From contig CAVPVX010000001.1 in NCBI GenBank assembly GCA_963709345.1, positions 288,001 through 352,000 on the forward strand: a stretch of DNA of 64,000 bases, given 5' to 3'. The translations under genes were made by a program, and so were the position numbers. Source of the stretch: an uncultured Actinomycetes bacterium (GTDB taxonomy: Bacteria > Actinomycetota > Thermoleophilia > UBA2241). The notes under the pieces were generated by a model. It made no database searches. It saw only the letters and a program-made list of their open reading frames with translations, and was not told where the DNA came from. Below are positions 19,906 through 30,005 of the stretch, piece after piece; within the stretch, counting starts at the first letter, position 1; the number at the start of each line of letters is the position of its first letter.

Positions 19906-21273
19906 TCATCCGCGCCCGAGCTCGAAGCGCAACGCCGCCTTCACGCTGGGGTACGTGAAGCGGAAGCCGCGCTCGCTGAGGCGCGCCGGCTCGACGCGCT
20001 GGCTGGCGAGGAGCATCTCCTCGCCCATCCCGCCAAGCCCGTGACGCAGGACGAAGCCGGGCGCCTTCAGCACGGCCGGACGGCGCAGCACGTGCGCGAG
20101 GGTCCGCGTGAACGCAGCGTTCGTCACCGGCTCGGGCGCGGTCATGTTGACCGGCCCTGAGAGCCCATCGTCACTGATCGCCCACTCGAGCGCCGCGAGC
20201 AGATCGTCGAGGCCGATCCACGCCCAGTACTGCGAGCCGTCGCCGAGCCGCGCGCCCAGACCGGTCTTGAAGGCGGGGAGCATCGTCGCGAGCGCCCCGC
20301 CGGCGGCGCTGAGCACGATGCCGAACCGGGCATTGACGACGCGCACCCCGGCTTCGGACACGGGAGCGGCAGACGCCTCCCAGGCGCGGCACACATCGGC
20401 AAGGAACCCCGCGCCGAGTCCGGCCTGCTCGGTGATGACATCCGCCCCGCGGGAGCCGTAGGCGCCGACGGCGGATGCGCTGACGAACACCCGCGGCGGC
20501 TGGTCCATCCGGGTGATCGCCGCGGCCAGCGTCTGCGTCGCCTGCACGCGACTCTCGAGGATCGCCTTCTTGCGGGTGGAAGTCCAGACGCCGGAGATGG
20601 TGACGCCGCCGAGGTTGACGACGGCGTCGACCCCGGCCAGGTCATCGGGGTCGAGCTTCCCTGCCGCCGGGTCCCAGGCGATCTCGTCGTCGCCGGCCGC
20701 GGCGCGGCGCACGAGTTTGACGACGCGGTGCCCCGCCGTCGTCAGGTAGTCGGCGAGGTGCGCGCCGACCAGGCCGCCGGCGCCGGCGATCGCCACCGTC
20801 ATCCGCGGCCGGCCGGCCCAGACTGCGTGGCGCTCGAAGTCGCGCCGGGTGCGCTCGTGGCGGAAGCGGAAGAAGCGCTCGAGCGTCCTTCCGGCCGGCC
20901 CCTCACCGACTGCGTCGGTGATGCCTCCGGCCGGCAGCCGGTACTCGATGTGGTCGATCAGCTCACTGCGCTCGTCGTCGACCGGGACGAACCGGTGCGT
21001 GTGCTCCCACGCCGAGAAGGGGCCGTCGAGCTGCCGGTCCACGAACTGGCGTCCGGGCACGCTCCCGCCCATCTCGGCCGTCCACCGCCGCTTCACCGGA
21101 CCGAACCGGACCTCGAAGGCGACCCGCCCGCCGGTGACGTCACCGCTCTGCTCGAGCACGCGCAGCTTCTGCCACGGCGGCGCGAGTCGCTTGAACGCGC
21201 CGGGACGGGCATGATACTCGTAAAGCTCATCCGCCGGCGCCGGCATGATGCTCCGCCACTCGAAGATCGGCAT
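19906..21273 (-). CDS. TIGR01777-type oxidoreductase with N-terminal SRPBCC domain
   Basis: GPFSAWEHTH (SRPBCC), GAGGLVG, ASAVGAYG, FLADVCRAWE, LASQRVEP. Confidence 0.9.
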   Translation of the reverse strand: MPIFEWRSIMPAPADELYEYHARPGAFKRLAPPWQKLRVLEQSGDVTGGRVAFEVRFGPVKRRWTAEMGGSVPGRQFVDRQLDGPFSAWEHTHRFVPVDDERSELIDHIEYRLPAGGITDAVGEGPAGRTLERFFRFRHERTRRDFERHAVWAGRPRMTVAIAGAGGLVGAHLADYLTTAGHRVVKLVRRAAAGDDEIAWDPAAGKLDPDDLAGVDAVVNLGGVTISGVWTSTRKKAILESRVQATQTLAAAITRMDQPPRVFVSASAVGAYGSRGADVITEQAGLGAGFLADVCRAWEASAAPVSEAGVRVVNARFGIVLSAAGGALATMLPAFKTGLGARLGDGSQYWAWIGLDDLLAALEWAISDDGLSGPVNMTAPEPVTNAAFTRTLAHVLRRPAVLKAPGFVLRHGLGGMGEEMLLASQRVEPARLSERGFRFTYPSVKAALRFELGRG

Positions 21274-21387
21274 CGGACCCCTCCTCGCTCGACGAGCAGG
21301 TCTTACCCGCGCGCGGCGGCGGTTAGCCCGTGCCACGGCAGGGAATCCCGACCGGGACAGATATGTATTCGATGGAAGGACGGCGCC

Positions 21388-22398
21388 GTGTCTCGGGATG
21401 ACGGTCTCGATCGCAGTATCAGCGCCGACGACCTGCGCCGGGATTTCGGGGAGTTGCGTGCGGTGGACGGCGTCAACCTGCAGATTCCCGGCGGCCGCAT
21501 CTTCGGGTTTCTCGGCCCCAACGGCGCCGGCAAGTCCACGCTCGTCAGGATCCTCACGACGATCCTCGACCCCACATCTGGACGCGCGACCGTGGCCGGC
21601 CACGACGTCCAGCGTCAGGGCGGGAAGGTGCGCGAGGCGATCGGAGTAGCGCTGCAGGACGTGGGGCTCGATCCGCTGATGACGGCGCGCGAACTGCTGA
21701 TGTTGCAGACCGAACTCTTCGGCACTCCGCGCGACGAGGCGCGGGCGACGGCGGGGAGGCTCCTCGTGACCGTAGGGCTCGACGACGTCGACCCGAAGAA
21801 GCGAGTCGGCGCCTACTCCGGGGGGATGAAGCGCAGGCTGGACCTCGCCCTGGCGCTCGTCCACGACCCGCGTATCCTCTTCCTGGACGAGCCGACTACC
21901 GGTCTCGACCCGGCAAGCCGGGCGGCGATCTGGGAGGAGGTCCGCCGCCTCAACGACGAGTCCGGCATGACGATCTTCCTCACCACCCAGTACCTGGAGG
22001 AGGCCGACCGACTCGCCGACGAGGTGGCCATCATCAACAAGGGCAGGATCGTCGCCCAAGGCACGCCGAGCGAGCTCAAGCGACAGGTCGGCGACGAGGT
22101 CGTCGAGTTGCAGTTCGCCTCGCGCAACGACGCCGCGAGCGCCGACGCTGCGCTCGCGGCCGTGGCCCCCAACCGCCAGCCGTCCAACCGCGAGCTGCGA
22201 CTCTACTTCGGCCGCGCCGCCGAGAACGTGCCCGAGCTGGTGCGCGTGCTCGACGGCGCCGGCATCCGGCTGCAGGGCCTGACGATCGAGCAGCCCAGCC
22301 TCGACGACGTCTTTCTGCGCGTCACGGGCACGGCGCTCGAGCATGAGGTGGATGAGGCGTCTGCCGCGGCAGACGCGAGCGCCGAGGTGCCGGCATGA
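21388..22398 (+). CDS. ABC transporter ATP-binding protein (DrrA-like)
   Basis: GPNGAGKS, YSGGMKRRLDLA, LDEPTTGLDP. Confidence 0.93.
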   Translation: MSRDDGLDRSISADDLRRDFGELRAVDGVNLQIPGGRIFGFLGPNGAGKSTLVRILTTILDPTSGRATVAGHDVQRQGGKVREAIGVALQDVGLDPLMTARELLMLQTELFGTPRDEARATAGRLLVTVGLDDVDPKKRVGAYSGGMKRRLDLALALVHDPRILFLDEPTTGLDPASRAAIWEEVRRLNDESGMTIFLTTQYLEEADRLADEVAIINKGRIVAQGTPSELKRQVGDEVVELQFASRNDAASADAALAAVAPNRQPSNRELRLYFGRAAENVPELVRVLDGAGIRLQGLTIEQPSLDDVFLRVTGTALEHEVDEASAAADASAEVPA

Positions 22399-23159
22399 AC
22401 GACATCGTCCTCCTCATCGGGCGCTCCCTGCGCAATGCCATCCGCCAGCCGGCGACGATCATCCCCAACATCGGGATCAGCGTGTTCTTCCTCTTCGTCT
22501 ACAACAGCGGGCTGTCGTCGGTAGCGGAACTGCCGGGGTTCCAGGGAACGTACTTGGGATTCATCCTGCCGGTCAGCATCGTGTCGGCCGCCGTGGGTGG
22601 GGCCGGCCTGGCCGGGCAGACGCTGATCAAGGACATCGACAACGGCTACTTCACGAAGCTCCTGCTCACTCCGACCCGCCGGCTGGCGGTGATCTGGGGA
22701 CCCATGGTCGCCAGCGCCATCATCCTGACCGCCCAAGTCGTGCTCGTGATGCTGCTCGCCCTGGCGATGGGGCTGGAGGTGGCGGCGGGTCCGGGCGGCT
22801 TCGCCCTCGTCGTCGTCCTGGCCTTTCTCTGGGGTATGGCTTTTGCCGGTTACGCCGCCTTCATTGCGCTGAAGACGAAGAACGCCGCGGCGGCTCAGGC
22901 GGCAACCTTCGCCTTCTTCCCTCTCATCTTCCTCAGCTATACGTTCGTGCCCGAGGAGTACGTGACCGCCGAGTGGCTGCGCGTGGCGGCGACGATCAAT
23001 CCCACGACCTATGTCTTCGACGCCATGCGCTCCCTGCTCAACACGGGGTGGGACATGACGTCGCTCGCCGTCGGCTTCACCGTCACACTGGGGTTCGCGA
23101 CGCTGACCGGAGCGATGGCGCTCTGGGCGGCGCGCGGGGCGACGAAGATGACGTCGTAG
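22395..23159 (+). CDS. ABC-2 type permease (DrrB-like)
   Basis: Six TM helices, INPTTYVFDAMR; ATGA coupling. Confidence 0.92.
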   Translation: MNDIVLLIGRSLRNAIRQPATIIPNIGISVFFLFVYNSGLSSVAELPGFQGTYLGFILPVSIVSAAVGGAGLAGQTLIKDIDNGYFTKLLLTPTRRLAVIWGPMVASAIILTAQVVLVMLLALAMGLEVAAGPGGFALVVVLAFLWGMAFAGYAAFIALKTKNAAAAQAATFAFFPLIFLSYTFVPEEYVTAEWLRVAATINPTTYVFDAMRSLLNTGWDMTSLAVGFTVTLGFATLTGAMALWAARGATKMTS

Positions 23160-23258
23160 CCGTCGCCGGACGGCGCCGCACGAGCCGGCAGCGGGAGGAA
23201 TGCGGCTCCGGCCCGGCGGCGGAGGCGAGACCGGAGAAGCCCTAGTAGACTCCGGGGC

Positions 23259-24569
23259 ATGCGTGTCTCCCGCCTCCTGCCCTCACGCCTTCGATCAGGC
23301 GCCGAGATCCTGCGTCTGCGCGACTACCGAAACGTCCTCATCGCGCAGAGCGTCTCCGTGTTCGGCGACGGCATCACGCCGGTCGCCCTCACCTTCGCCG
23401 TGCTCGATCTCACCGGCTCGGGAACGGACCTCGGCATCGTCCTCGCCGCGCAGAGCCTGCCGCTCGTGCTGCTGGCGCTGGTGGGAGGCGTGTGGGCGGA
23501 CCGGCTGCCGCGCGCCGCCCTGATGCTGACCAGCGACCTCGTGCGAGCAGCCGTTCAGACGATCGCCGCCGCGCTGCTGCTCACCGGCACGGCGCAGATC
23601 TGGCAGCTCGCCGTGCTGGCCGCGATGCACGGCGCAGCCGAGGCCTTCTTCCGGCCGGCGGCGGGCGCCATCCTCCCGCAGGTCGTGCCCGCGTCGCGGC
23701 TGCAACAGGCCAACGCCCTGATGGGCATGAGCGACAACTTCGGCTGGATGGTCGGTCCGGCGGTGGCGGGCATTCTCGTGGCCGTGGTCGGCCCGGGCGG
23801 AGCGATAGCCGTGGATGCGGCGACATTCGTCGTCAGCGCCGCCTTCCTTGCCACGCTCCGCGTTCCCGCGGTCGTGAGCTGCGCGGCAGCGAGGGGCTTC
23901 ATCGCCGAGCTGAGCGCAGGCTGGCGCGAGGTGAAGTCGCGGACCTGGCTGTGGGTGATGCTGCTGCGCGCCTCTCTCGTCCTGTGCATCGTGATCGCGC
24001 CGTTCCAGGTGCTGGGGCCGCTCGGACTCCGCGAGCAGGGCTACGGAGCGGCCGCCTGGGGCTGGCTGCAGGCTGTGTTCAGCGCCGGCATGATCGTCGG
24101 CGCCTTCATCGCTCTGCGCTACCGGCCGCGACGCCCGATGATCACCGTGTGCCTCACGGGGAGCACGGCCGTCGCGGCGCCGCTCGCGCTCGCGGCGTTC
24201 GGCGACCCGTGGGTGCTCGGTGGCGTCTACGGACTGCGCGGCGTGGCCGTCGGCATCCTCGTCACCGTCTGGAACACGACGATCCAGACGCAGATCCCCA
24301 AGGCATCGCTGGGCCGAGTCACGGCGTGGGACTGGATGGCGTCGCTGGCGCTGTGGCCGGCCGGCCTGGCGGTGGCCGGCCCACTTGCCCAGGCATTCGG
24401 CGTCACGACCATGGCCTGGGCCACGGGCATAGCCGGGCTGGCCGCGGCCTTCTGGGTACTGCTCGTGAAGGATGTGTGGCGGTTGCGGCCGGCTGCGGCG
24501 CTGGCCGGTGAAACCGATCCGCCGCAGCCGGCTGCATCCCCTTCGCGCGACCAAGGCGTTCCGGGCTGA
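23259..24569 (+). CDS. MFS transporter
   Basis: About 12 TM helices, GGVWADRLPR motif. Confidence 0.93.
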   Translation: MRVSRLLPSRLRSGAEILRLRDYRNVLIAQSVSVFGDGITPVALTFAVLDLTGSGTDLGIVLAAQSLPLVLLALVGGVWADRLPRAALMLTSDLVRAAVQTIAAALLLTGTAQIWQLAVLAAMHGAAEAFFRPAAGAILPQVVPASRLQQANALMGMSDNFGWMVGPAVAGILVAVVGPGGAIAVDAATFVVSAAFLATLRVPAVVSCAAARGFIAELSAGWREVKSRTWLWVMLLRASLVLCIVIAPFQVLGPLGLREQGYGAAAWGWLQAVFSAGMIVGAFIALRYRPRRPMITVCLTGSTAVAAPLALAAFGDPWVLGGVYGLRGVAVGILVTVWNTTIQTQIPKASLGRVTAWDWMASLALWPAGLAVAGPLAQAFGVTTMAWATGIAGLAAAFWVLLVKDVWRLRPAAALAGETDPPQPAASPSRDQGVPG

Positions 24570-24586
24570 GACCGCGCTCCGGCCCC

Positions 24587-24871
24587 TCAGCTCGAAGCGC
24601 GCTCCTGCTGCCCCCTGCGACCGCTGGCGTACAGCACGATATCGAGGATGATCCCCGCAGCGAAGACCACTGTTCCCCACCCCTGCAGACCGCCGAACGA
24701 GTTCTCGGCGATCGCATAGGCGATGGTCGTGCACGGCACGAAGAGGAAGCCGATGAAACCCCAGATGAAGTGCAGGCCGATGCGGCTGAGGTAGTCGGTG
24801 AACAGCCAGAGGCCGAGCAGGATGATGCGTGGCGAAGCCGCGAGCACACCGACGATCAGACAGCACCCCAT
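24587..24871 (-). CDS. Small membrane protein
   Basis: MGCCL...SPRII, GFLFVPCTTIAY, three TM helices; RBS AAGGAG. Confidence 0.75.
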   Translation of the reverse strand: MGCCLIVGVLAASPRIILLGLWLFTDYLSRIGLHFIWGFIGFLFVPCTTIAYAIAENSFGGLQGWGTVVFAAGIILDIVLYASGRRGQQERASS

Positions 24872-24952
24872 TCTCGCTCCTTCCATGAACCCGCGCAGTT
24901 CATCGCTCTCTCAAGCACCGCTCATGCAACGCTAACACGACTGCGGCAGTCT

Positions 24953-25147
24953 ATGGGCGTCATGATCACTCGCAAGATGAAGATCAGACGGCGCCTGCGC
25001 AGCGCCCGCGCCTCAGCCCTGACCTCCGAGGAGCGCCAGATGGAGCTCCGAGAGGCCGAGCGGAACCGCGCGCAGGACGACGAGCGCCGCGAGGCGGTCG
25101 CCGACATCGACCTGGGCCCCCCCGGGACTCGAGCCGACACACCATGA
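24953..25147 (+). CDS. Small hypothetical protein
   Basis: Basic N-terminus then charged coiled-coil-like segment; GC3-rich codons. Confidence 0.4.
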   Translation: MGVMITRKMKIRRRLRSARASALTSEERQMELREAERNRAQDDERREAVADIDLGPPGTRADTP

Positions 25148-25334
25148 GCGCGGCGGCGGACCTCCCCACCCGCCCCCAGGCCTGACGCCCGCCGCCGCGC
25201 GTCGTTCTCCTCCCACTGGGCACATCCACCCGAGCCGGTCAGCGCGTGCATCATGCCCAACGGCCACCCTGGTATCTCTGCCGTTCCGCGGGTACCTCTC
25301 AAAGTGACACGGTCACGCTTCGGAAGGAGGAGCC

Positions 25335-25538
25335 ATGTTCGAAGTCTCGTGCAGTGATCTGGGCATCACCGGCTGCGAGTACGTCGAGTCTGCGCCCTCG
25401 CTGAGGAAGCTCGAGTCCCGCGTGCTCGAGCACGCCCGCGACGAGCATCCCGAGCTCATCGCCGGCATCAGCGAGAAGGAGCATGAGGCGCTGATTCGGC
25501 GCATCGCCGAATGCGCCCACGAGGTCGCAACGGCCTGA
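25335..25538 (+). CDS. DUF1059 family small metal-binding protein
   Basis: CSDLGITGCEY...EHARDEH; strong RBS. Confidence 0.85.
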   Translation: MFEVSCSDLGITGCEYVESAPSLRKLESRVLEHARDEHPELIAGISEKEHEALIRRIAECAHEVATA

Positions 25539-25623
25539 GGAGTACGCACCGTCACTGTCGTGGCGGGGCGCCGGGAGGGCGCCCCGCCTGGCACCTTGCG
25601 CTCACTCATCGCTCATCAGCGCC

Positions 25624-25812
25624 TTGCCGGACCGGCGTACAAGGGTCGGTCTGGTCCGCGCCGTCTGCGGCGATGAGTTCGTCGTGCCGGTCGAGGTGTA
25701 CAGCGCTCATTCGAGCGTCGTGCAGTTCCCGTGCTGCGGGTGCACGGAGCTCTTCCTGCTGGTCTTCGACGAGAGCCTCACCTGCCGCGTACAGCGCGGC
25801 GCCGCGGCATGA
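25624..25812 (+). CDS. Small Cys-rich hypothetical protein
   Basis: VCGDEF...PCCGC...C; start uncertain (possible CTG at 25588 after GGGAGGG). Confidence 0.4.
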   Translation: MPDRRTRVGLVRAVCGDEFVVPVEVYSAHSSVVQFPCCGCTELFLLVFDESLTCRVQRGAAA

Positions 25813-25833
25813 GACAGGACCGGCGCGGCGCCG

Positions 25834-26454
25834 TCAGGGGCGAAACCCGGGCACGTTGACCCGGAGCCGCCAGCGCCGGACGAACGGCCCGTCCGCCGGC
25901 CCACCGCGCTCGAGAAGCGAGTAGCCGGAGCCGATCAGGCCGCGCCACGTCCCGAGGAGCGGGGCGTCCGGCGGCAGCAGGCCCAGCCGCTCCGCCAGGT
26001 AACCCAGACGCCTCGGCGCCGTGCCGCCGGCGAACCGCTCCAAGTACCGGGTGAGCCGCTCCAGGTCGAGGTCGGGCCACGCGCCGCTCAGAGCCGTGGC
26101 GGCGGCGGGCACGCCGCCGCACAGATCGCTGCGGTCGAACATGTCGACGACCGTCCGCTCGGGATCCGTCACGCGAATGCGAAGACCCGGCACGCCCGCC
26201 AGCACGTCCCCGAACATCCGCTCCGGTTTGATGAAGACGAGTTCGAAACGCACGCCCAGAAGCTCCGTTCGCATCGCCTGCTTACGCTTCGGGGTGATGA
26301 AGAAGACCGGCGCGAAGCCGGGTCCTACGGACGGATGCTCCGGCTCCCACCCCCACCAGCGCATGGCGGTCGCGTAGGCAGCCGCACCCTCGGGGGCCAG
26401 CAGCGAGCCCACGACCAGCGCCTCGGAGAACCGGCTGTCCACTGCTGGGCACAC
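25834..26454 (-). CDS. AbiEi-type (type IV TA) antitoxin C-terminal domain, N-terminally truncated
   Basis: VTDPERTVVDMFDR..CGG, RRLGYLAE, WRLRVN; no N-terminal winged HTH; -10 TACGAT 6 nt before GTG. Confidence 0.7.
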   Translation of the reverse strand: MCPAVDSRFSEALVVGSLLAPEGAAAYATAMRWWGWEPEHPSVGPGFAPVFFITPKRKQAMRTELLGVRFELVFIKPERMFGDVLAGVPGLRIRVTDPERTVVDMFDRSDLCGGVPAAATALSGAWPDLDLERLTRYLERFAGGTAPRRLGYLAERLGLLPPDAPLLGTWRGLIGSGYSLLERGGPADGPFVRRWRLRVNVPGFRP

Positions 26455-26793
26455 GCCGACATCGTAGCGCACTCGCGGAGAGGAGGCCCGAGGTCGTGCT
26501 GCGGCGACGTGCGCGCACCAGGCCCGCTGGGCGTGCATGCTCTGCGCCGGCGTCGCACATGAGGATGGGCCGCGGCGAGCGCCTTGCGCTCGCCGCGGCC
26601 CAGAGGGGCCTACGGCACCCCGGGCGCCAGGAGGAAGGCGCGCCGGGCGATCGGGTCACCGGCTCGGTGGGGGCGCACCGTACATCTGCCGGGCCCTCTG
26701 ACGGCCGGGGGGGCAGCCGTCACAGCCGTACTTGGCTTGGTCACACCTTCTCAAGTGAATATGAAGCCTGTGTTCAGGCCGCATTGAGCGACG

Positions 26794-27366
26794 TTAGGAC
26801 GGCGTTTGGCTTACGCCGTCCTCGCCGGTCGTTCGAGCCCGCCGCACTTGCGCCAGCGCGGCATCCACCCAAGAGAGGCAGTCGGGATCCGCACGGGCGG
26901 CGACGAGGTAAGGCTCTGCGGCGCCTCCCAGCTCCAGAAGCACCTCCAGGGCGACGCCCTTGACCCGGTCGTCGTGGGCACCGCAGAGCGCCGCGACGAG
27001 ACCACCCGCCGCGATCGCGGTATCCAGGGTGCGCAGTACCTCGCCGGCGCGCTGCGACACGGGTCCACCTACGTCGTAGACCTCGCCCGCCATCGCCGCC
27101 AGCAAGGGACCGACGCTCTCCGCCCCCCTGGCGACGAGCGCCATCTGGGCCTCGTCCACGAGGGGGAACGTCTCGGCCGTCAGCGGCAGATCGAGGAGCG
27201 CGAGCAGGGCCTCTGCGGGAGCGTGCTCCCGGTGCTCGCTCAGGAATCCCGCGATCGCGTCGCAGGCGTAGTCCTGGTCGGGGGCCGTCCTCGCCTCACG
27301 GTATGCGTCGGTCACCTGGCGCGCCAGCGCGACAAGGGCCTCATCGTCAGTCCGGTAGTGCCGCAT
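26794..27366 (-). CDS. Hypothetical alpha-helical (HEAT-like) protein
   Basis: Repeating amphipathic motifs ALVARGAESVGPLL, VLLELGGAAEPYL. Confidence 0.6.
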   Translation of the reverse strand: MRHYRTDDEALVALARQVTDAYREARTAPDQDYACDAIAGFLSEHREHAPAEALLALLDLPLTAETFPLVDEAQMALVARGAESVGPLLAAMAGEVYDVGGPVSQRAGEVLRTLDTAIAAGGLVAALCGAHDDRVKGVALEVLLELGGAAEPYLVAARADPDCLSWVDAALAQVRRARTTGEDGVSQTPS

Positions 27367-27375
27367 GCTCGCCTT

Positions 27376-27831
27376 CTACGCCCCGGCGACGTCGTCGAAC
27401 AGGGCGGCGAAGTCACCATAGCCCTCGGCTTCGAGCCGATCTCGGGGGATGAACCGCAGAGAGGCGGAGTTCATGCAGTAGCGCAGCCCGGCGGGAGGCG
27501 GACCGTCGGTGAACACATGACCGAGATGCGACCCGCTGCCGGCGGAACTCACCTCGGTGCGCACGGAGAAGAGCTTGCGGTCCTCTCGAGTGCTCACGGA
27601 CTCCTCGCGGAGAGGTCTCGTGAAGCTCGGCCAGCCGGTCCCCGAATCGTACTTGTCACGACTGCTGAACAGGGCCTCGCCGCTCACGACATCGACGTAG
27701 ATGCCGTCGCCGTGCTCCTCCCAGTACTCATTGTCGAACGGCGGCTCGGTGCCCTCTCGCTGTGTCACGTCGTATTGCAGAGGGGTGAGACGCTGCCGCA
27801 GTTCCGCATCGTCGGGTCGTTCGGCGGTCAT
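27376..27831 (-). CDS. msrB: Peptide-methionine (R)-S-oxide reductase
   Basis: [32 protein letters not shown]; zinc-free type. Confidence 0.95.
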   Translation of the reverse strand: MTAERPDDAELRQRLTPLQYDVTQREGTEPPFDNEYWEEHGDGIYVDVVSGEALFSSRDKYDSGTGWPSFTRPLREESVSTREDRKLFSVRTEVSSAGSGSHLGHVFTDGPPPAGLRYCMNSASLRFIPRDRLEAEGYGDFAALFDDVAGA

Positions 27832-28292
27832 GATGCCTCCAGTGGTCGCCTGCCGTGGGCCTTCATCCACTCATCGTGGGTGGGCACCGGCTCCCCCACC
27901 ACGTAGAGGAAGAAGTAAGCCCCCGTGTCGCCGACGAAGCGGAACTCCCCGCGCAAGGCGGCGACGGTGGCCTCGAAATCCCGATGTGAGCGTAGCCAGC
28001 CCTTGAAGCCGCCGGACTCCTTGTCCAGCGTGAGCATGGCCTCCGCGTTGGTGATCGTCGCCTCGATCTTCCGCCGGTTGCGGATGATCCCCGTGTCCGC
28101 GGCGAGACGCTCGAGGTCGTCGCCGGAGAACGCCGCGACCGTCGCCGGGTCGAACGCGGCGAACGCCTCGCAGAAGCCGTCCCACTTGGCTTCGACGACC
28201 CTCCAACTCATACCACTCTGGAAGACGGCCTTGGTGAGGACCTCGAGGTAGTCGGCGAGTCCGTCGGGTTCGATCTGTGAAGGCGCCTGCAT
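27828..28292 (-). CDS. tag: DNA-3-methyladenine glycosylase I family protein
   Basis: FQSGMSW..V..K...[27 protein letters not shown]. Confidence 0.85.
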   Translation of the reverse strand: MQAPSQIEPDGLADYLEVLTKAVFQSGMSWRVVEAKWDGFCEAFAAFDPATVAAFSGDDLERLAADTGIIRNRRKIEATITNAEAMLTLDKESGGFKGWLRSHRDFEATVAALRGEFRFVGDTGAYFFLYVVGEPVPTHDEWMKAHGRRPLEAS

Positions 28293-28428
28293 GGCATGAC
28301 CTCCGCGTTTCGTTGTCGGCAGAGGCGGGAGTCTGACTCCGGTCGCCCGCCTCGTGCCCACTATTCCCGCGAAGGGCCCCTCTCCACGCACGCGCCGGGA
28401 GACCGACGCCCGGATCGGGCGCCAGGCC

Positions 28429-28815
28429 TCAGTGCAGAATGGTCGCGTCGGAACCGACGGGCGAAAGATCGGCGTCGACGAAGGCGTCGATGACGGAGCG
28501 CACGTCCGGGCGATCCTCGCCGGCCAGGACGCGGAGGCCTGCCTGGAGACAGCTGAGCAGCACGCGCTTGCCGATGCCGGCGACGATGACGACGTCGACC
28601 TGGCGCTCACCCAGTGTGAGCACCGGTGAGAGGTGGCCGCCGTGACCATGAGGCTCGTTGGCTACCACGGTCACGTCGATGACCGAGCCGTCAACGAGGT
28701 CGACGATGGTGAAATTCGGGCTGCGGGAGAAGCGGCCGGAGCGCGCCGCGTCGAGGCCGCCGGGAGGCTCCGACGGCACGGCGACGCGGATGATGGGTCG
28801 GTCGTCGCTGCTCAT
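28429..28815 (-). CDS. NifB/NifX family cofactor-binding protein
   Basis: VAVPS...GLDA..S.RF.RSP.F, VDVVIVAGIG. Confidence 0.82.
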   Translation of the reverse strand: MSSDDRPIIRVAVPSEPPGGLDAARSGRFSRSPNFTIVDLVDGSVIDVTVVANEPHGHGGHLSPVLTLGERQVDVVIVAGIGKRVLLSCLQAGLRVLAGEDRPDVRSVIDAFVDADLSPVGSDATILH

Positions 28816-29030
28816 GGCTTCCTTCTCGATGGAAGAGCGGAGCCGCTAGCGTACACCGGTGAGGCGGCGCGCGCCGTCCCCCACCGACGCGAGAGTCGTC
28901 GCGCACCTGGATTCCGGGGTCGTCGCGCGCCTGGACTCCGACCTCGGTGCGCCGCGATGTGCCTTTCTTCGTTCGGCGGGCTATCCTGAACCCGAGACCA
29001 CAGTATCGACCATCCACCGAGGGAGCCCGC

Positions 29031-30005
29031 ATGCCGCTCGGAGGCTATTGCACCGTCTGCCAGCGCTGGGTCTGGCTCACGCCATACGGCGAGTGCCAGA
29101 ACGGCCATTCCGCGCTCGCCGTCCGCGATATCCAGCAACTCAAGCCGCAGAGTGAGCCGGAGGTCCTCGTCGGGGAGATCGTCGACGAGGGTCCGCGGCG
29201 AGCGCGGTTCCGCTGGTGGTGGCGCCACTCGTTCTGGGTCGGCTGGACGTTCACGCTGGGCTTCATGAACTGGCTCGCGTTCATCTATGTGGGCGTCAAG
29301 GCGCGGCATACACCGTGGACCCTGCTCGGTTTCGCCTACATGGTGCCTCTCATCCTCACGATCCTCGCGATCGGCACCCCGCTGCTGCAGGCCGCGATCG
29401 TCGTCCAGCTTCTGGCTTCGGCGGCGTCGGTCGTGAACGCCCTGTACATACGTCCCTATTACAGGGCGATCATGTTCGGCGACGCCTCGCCGCGGTCGCT
29501 GCCGGCCCCGCCGCAGCCACCGGCGCTGTCGGCGGGAGCACGGCCGCAGCTGCCGAGGAACATCGACGAACGCGCCGCCGACGTGCTGCAGCCGGCGCGC
29601 CGTCAGGTGGACGCGATCCTGCGCACAGCGGGTTCCGTCGGCAAGCCCGCTGTACGCGACGATGTGGTCGGCCTCTGTGCCACCGCCGACCACATCATCG
29701 CGGAGCTCGCGGCGCAGCCACGCAAGCTGGACGCCGCGCGCGGCTTCCTCACCTACTACCTCGACGCCGCGCAGCGCATCGTCGAGGGCTACGTGAATCT
29801 CGCGCAGCGCGGCAGCACCACACCCGACATCAACCAGACACTGGAGCGCGCGGAGGCCTCGCTCAAGGTCGTGCAGCAGGCCTTCGACCGCCAGCTGGCG
29901 AACGTGCTCGAGGACCGCGCCATGGACCTCGACAGCGAGATCGAGCTGCTCGAGCGCACCGTGCGCAGCGAGACCATGTACACCCAGACCGGGGAGCTGC
30001 AATGA
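29031..30005 (+). CDS. XpaC-like protein with N-terminal Cys/His knuckle and TM segment
   Basis: ARGFLTYYLD, MDLDSEIELL; adjacent to telA; N-terminal CTVC...C.NGH. Confidence 0.8.
   Translation: MPLGGYCTVCQRWVWLTPYGECQNGHSALAVRDIQQLKPQSEPEVLVGEIVDEGPRRARFRWWWRHSFWVGWTFTLGFMNWLAFIYVGVKARHTPWTLLGFAYMVPLILTILAIGTPLLQAAIVVQLLASAASVVNALYIRPYYRAIMFGDASPRSLPAPPQPPALSAGARPQLPRNIDERAADVLQPARRQVDAILRTAGSVGKPAVRDDVVGLCATADHIIAELAAQPRKLDAARGFLTYYLDAAQRIVEGYVNLAQRGSTTPDINQTLERAEASLKVVQQAFDRQLANVLEDRAMDLDSEIELLERTVRSETMYTQTGELQ

Noticed and set aside
21274-22344. N-terminal extension of the 812-aa ORF as a large fusion protein
   Set aside because: It is the antisense of the ABC ATPase; the real start is 21273
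27376-27831. MsrB as a selenoprotein
   Set aside because: The catalytic residue is encoded as Cys (RYCMN); no in-frame TGA
28429-28815. NifX-like gene as evidence of nitrogen fixation
   Set aside because: The family is widespread in non-diazotrophic anaerobes; no nif genes in the window
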